Source of the DNA: a virus
Lineage: Duplodnaviria > Caudoviricetes
Virus record (IMG/VR): IMGVR_UViG_3300015050_000552
Location: 1 to 24,322 of that record
Reading direction: 5' to 3' (one strand)
Length of the DNA stretch: 24,322 nt
Of the stretch, positions 17,307-24,322 are shown piece after piece (position 1 is the stretch's first letter; each line of letters opens with the position of its first letter). The position numbers were made by a program, and so were the translations under genes. Below the pieces are notes generated by a model, which was not told the origin of the DNA, searched no databases, and saw only the letters and a program-made list of their open reading frames with translations.

Positions 17307-18484
17307 TGGACTTCCAGCAAATGATGGGCACAATGCCTCAGAGTGAAATGGCTGCTCCGCAGTTTGGTCAGCCGAGCCCGCAGCTTCTTGCTCAGCCGGC
17401 GCAGCCCGCACAGATGCCGTATGCTGCCACACAGCAAGGCTTACCTCCGGAAGTGCAGGCTATGAACACGCCAGTGAAAAGCGCTGAGGAACTTGAGCAG
17501 CGCAAATCTGGCTGGATGGAAGTCATCAAGAAGATTTCCGCTGACCCGAATATCATGAGGGCTATTGGTTACTTTGGGCAATCGGTGGCTCAGCCAATGC
17601 CGCAAGGTCAATCTGCTATCGGACACTTGAGCAACGGTGTGATGACTGGTGTCAACGCCTATCAGTTTGGCAAAGACGCTGAGTTTCAACGGCAAATGGC
17701 TGAGAGTAAGAACAAGCGGGAAGTTGCTGAATCTGAAGCCAACGTCGAAGGCACGAAGGCACGCACTGCCGGCACTGTTACAGACAATGAACTCAAAACT
17801 CGCACTCTGGAAGACAGTGTTGCCAAGGTCAAGACTGAACGTGAGAAGCTTGCTCTTGATCTTGGTAAGGCGAAGGATGAAGCCGAGCGGGCTAAGATTC
17901 AACTTGCTCACGACAAGCGGATCGCAGAGATTCGTACTTCCCTGCCGGACGACAGCTACCGTGCAAGTCTGGATGCGGAGCTCAAAGCGAAAGGTCTCGC
18001 GAACGATCTGTCGAAAGCGCAGGCATCTTCGGCTAATGCTACAGCTGGTTACTACGGTGCCAAAGCTTCGGAAGTCAAGGCCGAGATGGATGCAATGAAA
18101 GGTCTGTCGGACGAAGAAAAGCGGCAATTCATCACCAAAACTGGCAAGTATGCAGGAGGTGTGGGTTCCGGTCAGGCGGTCATGGCGGAATACTACAAGG
18201 GCAATTGGAAGCAAGCCAACCCGAAACGTGCTGGTGAAACTGATGAGCAATACGGCACACGGGCAGCAACCGCGCTCAACTCATATCTGACGACTGCCAA
18301 AGACAAGCCAGAAGCGGATGAATTCCTTCGCTGGGCTGGTCTCTACGGCACTGGTAATTCCACCACAGATATGGCCGCCTTCAAGAAATGGAAAGGCGAA
18401 GCACCTGCAGGTTCAACGCCAGGCGGGGCAGCTACTGCCAAACGTGAACGCACTTTTGACGCTTCTGGAAAAGAAGTCAAATAA
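17306..18484 (+). CDS. coiled-coil internal virion / ejection protein 3
   Basis: GGAGG RBS and TAATG coupling. P/Q-rich N-terminus and a long A/K/E coiled coil. Precedes the giant gene. Confidence 0.72.
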   Translation: MDFQQMMGTMPQSEMAAPQFGQPSPQLLAQPAQPAQMPYAATQQGLPPEVQAMNTPVKSAEELEQRKSGWMEVIKKISADPNIMRAIGYFGQSVAQPMPQGQSAIGHLSNGVMTGVNAYQFGKDAEFQRQMAESKNKREVAESEANVEGTKARTAGTVTDNELKTRTLEDSVAKVKTEREKLALDLGKAKDEAERAKIQLAHDKRIAEIRTSLPDDSYRASLDAELKAKGLANDLSKAQASSANATAGYYGAKASEVKAEMDAMKGLSDEEKRQFITKTGKYAGGVGSGQAVMAEYYKGNWKQANPKRAGETDEQYGTRAATALNSYLTTAKDKPEADEFLRWAGLYGTGNSTTDMAAFKKWKGEAPAGSTPGGAATAKRERTFDASGKEVK

Positions 18485-18492
18485 GGATTCAA

Positions 18493-21400
18493 ATGGGCCA
18501 AGTAATCAACACCACCTATGGCGAAACTTTTAACTTTCCGGATGATACACCTGAGGAAGTTATAAGTCAGACGGTTCGGAAATACGCTCCGAAAGGGCCT
18601 ACGAGCCCGGAAGTCATCTCTGGAACTTTAAGCGCTATTCCAGGTCAGTTGACGGCCGGTGCGCTTGCCGTGAAGTCTGCCGTGCGTATGCCGAAACTTC
18701 CTTTTGTTACAACTGATCCGCTCGAGGAACTGCAACATCTGAATGCGAGTGGTCGGTATGGGCAAGGGGATATGGAAATCCTCAGTCAGGCTTTGCATAA
18801 GAAGCCGCTTGCGCAGGTGACTGAAGAGCATATGGTAGGTGAACGTCGTCGGCAGGAGGAACGTGCGACTGCTGCGACGGTAGGTAAGATGGCCTCGGAG
18901 AATCTGCCTCCGAACATGACGACAGGCGGAGAAGTGCTGAGTTCAGTCGTTGGTAGCGTGGCGACTGCTTTGCCTGCTGTGGCTGCGGGTATTGTGACGA
19001 AGAGTCCGGCTGTAGCTATCGGAACGATGGGTGGAGCTTCTGCACTTACGAGTGCTGGAACTGGTGCACAGTCCAATGCAACGGACTCCGATCTGTTGAC
19101 TACCGCTGCAGCTGTCGGTGGTGTAGAAGCTGCGTTCGAGACGATTCCTACCAAGATGCTGTTCAAGATGTTCGACGGTAAGAATCTGCTTGCGAAAGGC
19201 TTGAAATTCATCGCGGCTGAAGAATTGACTGAACTGCCGACTACCGCGGTGCAGAAAGCCTTGGAAACCGCTGGCTATAACCCTGATACTCCTGCTGATC
19301 AGTTCTTCGCGGAGTTGAAGCATGATCTGTTGATTACCGCTCTCGCCACGCCATTCGCTGCTGGCACTCAGGCAGGTATGGTTGCTGGTGTTCAGAAGCT
19401 ACAAGAGCGTTCTGCCGGTAAGACGATAGGCGATCTCGTTGGTGAAGATATCGACAAGATTCGTGAACTGAAAACGAATCTCGATCTTGCACAAGAACTG
19501 CAAGAAATGGGTATTCCTGTCGACTTGAAGCAAAAGCAGGATGCTTACAATATGGCGCTGCGGAAGTATATGGAGCCGCCGGAAACCCCGGGTTCAAGTG
19601 AGACTAGTCCCCGGGATAAACCCACAATCCAGACAAGCGTGCTTTCCCCTGAAACCGCTGCTCTGATTCAATCAATTGACGCTGAATTAAATCCGGAGAA
19701 CATAACCGATGAACAGGTTTCTCAGGCAAGGGCGCAGGTCGCAAGTTTTGAAGAAGCAACAAAGAGACCTGCAAGAGATGAAAGCGTTGCTCACCTCCGC
19801 GGGCTTGACGACCTCCAGCACGAAGGCGACATCGGAGAGTCTGCAAAGGTTGCAAGAAACGCTATCAACTACGCGAATGAGAATGACTTAACTGCGAGGA
19901 GTGAACGGCCGATTATTGCTGGGCCTGCTGGCACGGAAGGATTGACGCTTCAGCAAGTTGAGATCGAGAAGGTGCCTGGTGTGTATGCGGTAGGTTTGCC
20001 AACAGCGGATCGCTCAGAGGAGTTTACACGAGCTACGCAGGAGACGCTCGAGAAGTGGCGGGCCCAGTATCTGCCGAATACTTCGTTTATCTTGCTGAAT
20101 GAATCAGTGCCAACGCGCAATGCTGGTGGCTGGCACTCACGGCTTGGAAGCGGCGTGCATGTGATTCTGCCCAATGCGTTGCGGAATCTGAAGAATCCTG
20201 CACAGTATAACACGAACGCGCAGTTTAAGCAGCTCTACACGCTAGCGCATGAGTTCGGGCACGCACTGTTCGATGAAAAGATGTTCGAAGGTGTCGAGCC
20301 GACCGTGCGCCAACTGGTGGAAACACAGGGGCAACTTGGGTTAGTTGGAGAAGAGACACTGGCTCAACTTCCTGAGGCGCAAGCTGGTATCCTGCGCGAA
20401 TTCAATGCGCTTAAAGCGAGGGTAATGAGCAATGAAATCACGGCGCAGGAATTCATCAACGAGTGGATGGGCCCGGCGAAGATTCACCGCTCAAGCTTCG
20501 CTGCCGATCACGGAGTCTCAGGCGATGCCCCCGCTATACAGCTCGTCGACGCTATCATCCGGCGAAGCATCCGAACAAATGAATCGCTCACTGGAGAACA
20601 GCTTTTCAAACTCAGGAACGAATTCCTGGGAGTGAATGAGTATTTCGCTGAGCAAATGGCTCGTCATGCGTATGACAAGAAATGGGATGAAAGTTCGGCT
20701 TATAACAAGGAATCGCTGTTTGCGCGGGCTTTTGCTAGCGCGAGAGCTTTGCTCATGGATTTCTTCAAAGATTTAAAGAAAGAAGGTGGTCTGGCTGCTG
20801 GTGTTAAATTCCAGGATTGGCTGGATGGACTGACTGCGGTTCCGGTGCTGGAACAGCAAGAAACTCCGCTTAAGCCTGTCAAGCCGAAGGTGAAGAAAAA
20901 GGCTGCTATACCGAAGAAACCTGCGATTAAGAAAACTGATTTAAACGAGGAAACTGAGAGTAAGCAGCAGATTCTCAATGCCCGTAAAGTCGTCACCGGA
21001 TTGGTTCGCTCTGGTGACATTGAGGCAGGTGGTGAGCAATATAAACACTTCATGCAGCTTATCAAGGCGAATGACTTTTCAACTTTCATCGAAGAAATTC
21101 AGCCTTTGACGGAAAAGAAAATCAAGCTGGAACTGGACAACGATATTCCTGATGTTCGCACAATGGGGCTGCAAATGGACCCCAAGCGTCTCGTTCAGCA
21201 GTTCGGTGCGAATATGTATTCTGGTGACTTGCCGTCGACTATCGTGAAAGAGCTGGTGCAGAACAGTTTCGACGCGATCAAGCAGGCACAGAATAAGGAA
21301 ACCGGCGATCCACTTGAGCAGGTGCCTATTCATAATATTAAGGTCACTACGGACAGTAAAGCTCGCACGATTACTGTGTCAGATACCGGCGTTGGCATGA

Positions 21401-24322
21401 CTCCGGAAATCCTGCAAAAGGCTTTCTTGACGTATCCTGGGTCGAGTAAGCTTGGTTTGAAGCCGGAGCAGGCTTCTGGTGGTCTTGGCCTCGCGAAGGT
21501 GCTGATTCTCTTTGTGCCAGAACGTCTGGTTGTAACGACTATTCGTGATGGTAAGAAGACCGTAATGGATACGACTCCCGATGAGATAATCGAGGGGAAT
21601 ACGCAAGCAGTTGTGACTGATACGGCAGAGGAATCTGGCACAACAGTTCAACTGTTTCTGCCTGCTGTGATCGAGCGTCCGAGTGGTGTTGAAGAAGTTG
21701 AAATTTCAGGTTATCCTTGGAATTATAAGGCGCTGACAAAAGGAGTGTTAGGTCGCGATATTGCGATTACACTGAACGATTTGCCAGTTACTACTTCTTT
21801 TGCTGAATCGAATACAGAAACTCTCGAGAAAGACTTCTCTTGGGGAAAGGCAACAGTTCGCTTTAATCCGAAGGCTGGTATCTATCCGACTCAGGATGTA
21901 TACAGTTCTGGGCTGTATCAGTTCGAGACACAGCTTCGCTTGCCGAATGGCGAAGATTTGCCGTTTAATGCTCAGATCAACATTGAACCTCATGTAACCG
22001 CGAGTGAGGCTGCATACCCATTCGAGAACAATCGGCAGAATTTCAAGAAGCACGTTATCAAAGATATCGGCGAGTTAACCTTCAGTTTATACGAGGAATA
22101 CATCGCTGCCCGCTTGCGGGAAAGTGCTGATACTTACTCGCAGGTAGTTGGTTTGAGTGAGAATCTGATTCAGCCAAATATCAATACGACGACTACCAAA
22201 GATGGTAAGAATATTGAAATGGATATAGGTATTCCTGACAATATTCCGCTGTATAACAACATGACGAACTTCGACTTTCTGGGACTGCCGGAATATAAGA
22301 AGATGCTGACTCGTATCGGCAATGTCTTTACGTCTGTTGGCCAGCGAGTTGCTCGTATGCCTGGAATTGGAAAGCCAAGCTGGGATTTGGATAAGCCTAC
22401 CCATTTCGGCGTCTTTTTCCAGAAGAGCCCGAAGGGAGGCGAACTCTTCGGCATTAACATGGTTAAGCCATATCAAGCTATCTTCATCAATCCGGTAGCT
22501 GGTAAGAAGCGTGAAACGGCTGAAGCTATGGCCGAGGAAATCTACCAAACTTTCGTGCATGAATTAGCTCATATTCCTGAGCGTTCGCACGACGCTGATT
22601 TTGCCAATGCGCTTGCTGAAGTCCAAGTGCTCATGGCCGAGTCTAACCTCATGAACCGAGCGCGCGGCTCACTCTTGAACATAATCCGCGAGAACTTCCA
22701 AACCTATAAGGATATGTATGACACCTATCACAACGTCAGCACAGTTAATCAGGGACAATCTTTTGAAGGAACACAAAGGGAAGACGCCGGCACTCAAGCT
22801 GGAGCTGACCTTGGTGGGCCTGGAGACGCACGCAGCGATAGCCAAGCAGGAGGGCGAACTGGAGCTGGCAGCCGCTCTGGAAGAGGAAATATCGAATATG
22901 AACTCGATGATGATGGTGGCTTCTCCATCCCCCACGCCGGCTCCGAGCTCAGCCCAGCAGCCCTCACCGCAGCAGCCGCCGAGTGGAAGCGCGCCGGTTT
23001 CCGCTCTCGTTTCTTCACCGCCTGGTTCGGGGACTGGGAAGGCGACCCCTCCGGCAGCAGCAAAGCCTTAAACTCGCGTGGAGAGCCGCTGGTTCTGTAT
23101 CATTCGAGCCGAGCGAAGGTAAATACTCCGCGTGGAGAAGAGCCTTTTGAAGTGTTCCAGAGAGGTGATATTGGGTACCACTTTGGCACTACTTTAGCTG
23201 CCCACGCGCGTGCACTTATCGGTCCGGCGGAGGAATTCTCCAATCCGTCTCAGGCTGATATCGATGAGATTATCTGGAGTCGTGAGTATCCCGCAGCGTT
23301 GAACTGGGGTAAAGGCGAAGTCACCCCGTTTTACATTATGCCTGTTGTTTTGAATATCAGGAATCCTGCTGTAGTAGAGGACGAAGTGCCTGATATGTGG
23401 CATAACCCTGATGTGATGCTTGCTGTGCTGGAAGAGGCAGGAATACTGACTTCTGAAGATGTGTCCATCATTGAACTTGCAGAGGGAAACTCCGATCATA
23501 CGAGGATGATGAACATTCGTGACTTTCTTGACTTGAAAGGTTACGATGGTATTAAGTATGACAACATCATCGAAGGTGGTGTATCGTGGGTTGCTTTCTA
23601 CCCGAATCAGGTGAAGTCTGTCCTCGGCACTAAGGTGTTCTCGAAGCTGCCGCAGATTCACTACGAGACTGAGTATGACGATGCTTCTCCTTCAGGTCAT
23701 ACCGCAGCTCGTTTCCGTGACAAGATGAAGCCGTTCTTCCCTGACTATGGTATGTTCAGGAGAGCCTTCCGTTCAGTCACGAACCTGCAATATAAGGTTC
23801 TCCAGCTTCAACAGCTGGCCCATATCCACCCTGATCTAGCTGACTTGCAATTCATGGTTGAGACGAACATGAATTACAACCGCTATAAATCGAGTCTTCA
23901 GGAGGCAGCCGACGGTATTTCTCAGGAATGGGAAGCGTTGGGGAAAGAGAACTTCTCACGGATAAATAAGATGCTTCAGGACGAAGCGTCAGCTGGCGCT
24001 CTGTGGGTTGATCTGCATAAGAATCCGCAGTCAGGACAGTGGGAGTATATTCCAAACGCTGAAACCGAAAAGCAGCTGAAATCCCATGGAATAGACGTTA
24101 ACACACAGGCTGGAAAAGACGTAGCTGAGCTTTTCTTAAAGGTGAAAAACTCTCTTCTTTCCAATCTTAACGAGACCGAAACAGTCCTTATCTCGCTCAT
24201 CGCACGTCGCTATGCTGCTGCTCCACAGGGGACACTTAACGCCGCTATTATCCCACTCAAGCGTGAAATCCATGAAATCAGGAAACGTCCGTATTTCCCT
24301 CAAGGGCGGTTCGGAAACTATA
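18493..24322 (+). CDS. giant polyvalent internal virion protein, 3'-truncated (zincin + GHKL ATPase + zincin + ADP-ribosyltransferase-like + PLxRFG-like)
   Basis: Absent from the ORF track. TAAGGA RBS, ATG 18493, no stop in frame +1 to the window end (at least 1943 codons, translated by hand). HEFGH 20248-20262 and EYFAE 20638-20652; ELVQNSFDA 21250, DTGVGMT 21382, SGGLGLA 21475, GTTV 21637; HELAH-x5-H 22558-22590; WFGDWE 23023, PLVLYH, PVVLNIRNP, GYDGIKY, AFYPNQVKS; YFPQGRFGNY 24292. Confidence 0.92.
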   Translation, partial: MGQVINTTYGETFNFPDDTPEEVISQTVRKYAPKGPTSPEVISGTLSAIPGQLTAGALAVKSAVRMPKLPFVTTDPLEELQHLNASGRYGQGDMEILSQALHKKPLAQVTEEHMVGERRRQEERATAATVGKMASENLPPNMTTGGEVLSSVVGSVATALPAVAAGIVTKSPAVAIGTMGGASALTSAGTGAQSNATDSDLLTTAAAVGGVEAAFETIPTKMLFKMFDGKNLLAKGLKFIAAEELTELPTTAVQKALETAGYNPDTPADQFFAELKHDLLITALATPFAAGTQAGMVAGVQKLQERSAGKTIGDLVGEDIDKIRELKTNLDLAQELQEMGIPVDLKQKQDAYNMALRKYMEPPETPGSSETSPRDKPTIQTSVLSPETAALIQSIDAELNPENITDEQVSQARAQVASFEEATKRPARDESVAHLRGLDDLQHEGDIGESAKVARNAINYANENDLTARSERPIIAGPAGTEGLTLQQVEIEKVPGVYAVGLPTADRSEEFTRATQETLEKWRAQYLPNTSFILLNESVPTRNAGGWHSRLGSGVHVILPNALRNLKNPAQYNTNAQFKQLYTLAHEFGHALFDEKMFEGVEPTVRQLVETQGQLGLVGEETLAQLPEAQAGILREFNALKARVMSNEITAQEFINEWMGPAKIHRSSFAADHGVSGDAPAIQLVDAIIRRSIRTNESLTGEQLFKLRNEFLGVNEYFAEQMARHAYDKKWDESSAYNKESLFARAFASARALLMDFFKDLKKEGGLAAGVKFQDWLDGLTAVPVLEQQETPLKPVKPKVKKKAAIPKKPAIKKTDLNEETESKQQILNARKVVTGLVRSGDIEAGGEQYKHFMQLIKANDFSTFIEEIQPLTEKKIKLELDNDIPDVRTMGLQMDPKRLVQQFGANMYSGDLPSTIVKELVQNSFDAIKQAQNKETGDPLEQVPIHNIKVTTDSKARTITVSDTGVGMTPEILQKAFLTYPGSSKLGLKPEQASGGLGLAKVLILFVPERLVVTTIRDGKKTVMDTTPDEIIEGNTQAVVTDTAEESGTTVQLFLPAVIERPSGVEEVEISGYPWNYKALTKGVLGRDIAITLNDLPVTTSFAESNTETLEKDFSWGKATVRFNPKAGIYPTQDVYSSGLYQFETQLRLPNGEDLPFNAQINIEPHVTASEAAYPFENNRQNFKKHVIKDIGELTFSLYEEYIAARLRESADTYSQVVGLSENLIQPNINTTTTKDGKNIEMDIGIPDNIPLYNNMTNFDFLGLPEYKKMLTRIGNVFTSVGQRVARMPGIGKPSWDLDKPTHFGVFFQKSPKGGELFGINMVKPYQAIFINPVAGKKRETAEAMAEEIYQTFVHELAHIPERSHDADFANALAEVQVLMAESNLMNRARGSLLNIIRENFQTYKDMYDTYHNVSTVNQGQSFEGTQREDAGTQAGADLGGPGDARSDSQAGGRTGAGSRSGRGNIEYELDDDGGFSIPHAGSELSPAALTAAAAEWKRAGFRSRFFTAWFGDWEGDPSGSSKALNSRGEPLVLYHSSRAKVNTPRGEEPFEVFQRGDIGYHFGTTLAAHARALIGPAEEFSNPSQADIDEIIWSREYPAALNWGKGEVTPFYIMPVVLNIRNPAVVEDEVPDMWHNPDVMLAVLEEAGILTSEDVSIIELAEGNSDHTRMMNIRDFLDLKGYDGIKYDNIIEGGVSWVAFYPNQVKSVLGTKVFSKLPQIHYETEYDDASPSGHTAARFRDKMKPFFPDYGMFRRAFRSVTNLQYKVLQLQQLAHIHPDLADLQFMVETNMNYNRYKSSLQEAADGISQEWEALGKENFSRINKMLQDEASAGALWVDLHKNPQSGQWEYIPNAETEKQLKSHGIDVNTQAGKDVAELFLKVKNSLLSNLNETETVLISLIARRYAAAPQGTLNAAIIPLKREIHEIRKRPYFPQGRFGNY
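22718..23071 (+). CDS. candidate nested (overprinted) small helical protein inside the giant gene
   Basis: TAAGGA (22707-22712) lies 5 nt before ATG 22718. The first ~60 codons read as an amphipathic E/L/A helix with typical codons (CTG GAG, GCC AAG CAG GAG), exactly where the main frame degrades to a G/A/R/S linker. Confidence 0.55.
   Translation: MTPITTSAQLIRDNLLKEHKGKTPALKLELTLVGLETHAAIAKQEGELELAAALEEEISNMNSMMMVASPSPTPAPSSAQQPSPQQPPSGSAPVSALVSSPPGSGTGKATPPAAAKP

Noticed and set aside
19709-19891. Second possible nested ORF in the giant gene (GGAG 10 nt upstream)
   Set aside because: R/K/L/S/T-rich composition typical of an off-frame read, while the main frame looks ordered there.
21150-21670. 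Reading the ATPase as a histidine kinase, gyrase B or a captured htpG
   Set aside because: No H-box/DHp, Toprim or Hsp90 C-terminal region is evident. The domain is embedded in a virion polyprotein and followed by a zincin.
18628-24200. Many short ORFs listed in the track across the last 5.8 kb, suggesting a fragmented or non-coding region
   Set aside because: All lie within the single continuous frame +1 ORF from 18493. Only 22718-23071 shows independent coding signals.
1-24322. tRNA/ncRNA genes, integrase/att sites, introns or inteins
   Set aside because: Nearly fully coding with minimal gaps. TerL and portal have normal lengths, and I saw no supporting motifs.

Overview
The window is the co-directional (+ strand) packaging, virion and lysis module of a tailed dsDNA phage with podovirus-type organisation. 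Gene order: sigma70-like promoter, terminase small subunit, PD-(D/E)XK nuclease, terminase large subunit, portal, scaffold, major capsid protein, two glycosyltransferases, fibre/decoration genes, adaptor, tail fibre, a lysis cassette (M15 endolysin and holin), tail nozzle, a DDxxD helical protein and three ejection/pilot proteins. The last 5.8 kb (18493 to the window end) is one uninterrupted ORF of at least 1943 codons. The ORF track omits it, presumably because its stop lies outside the window. Manual translation shows a giant 'polyvalent' protein with zincin 1, a GHKL ATPase, zincin 2, an ADP-ribosyltransferase-like domain and a PLxRFG-like motif. A recurring I-x-[LY]-E-[LT]-[DE]-x-D motif marks its domain junctions, and a probable overprinted small gene lies in one linker. 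All calls come from motif reading and synteny; no database search was run.
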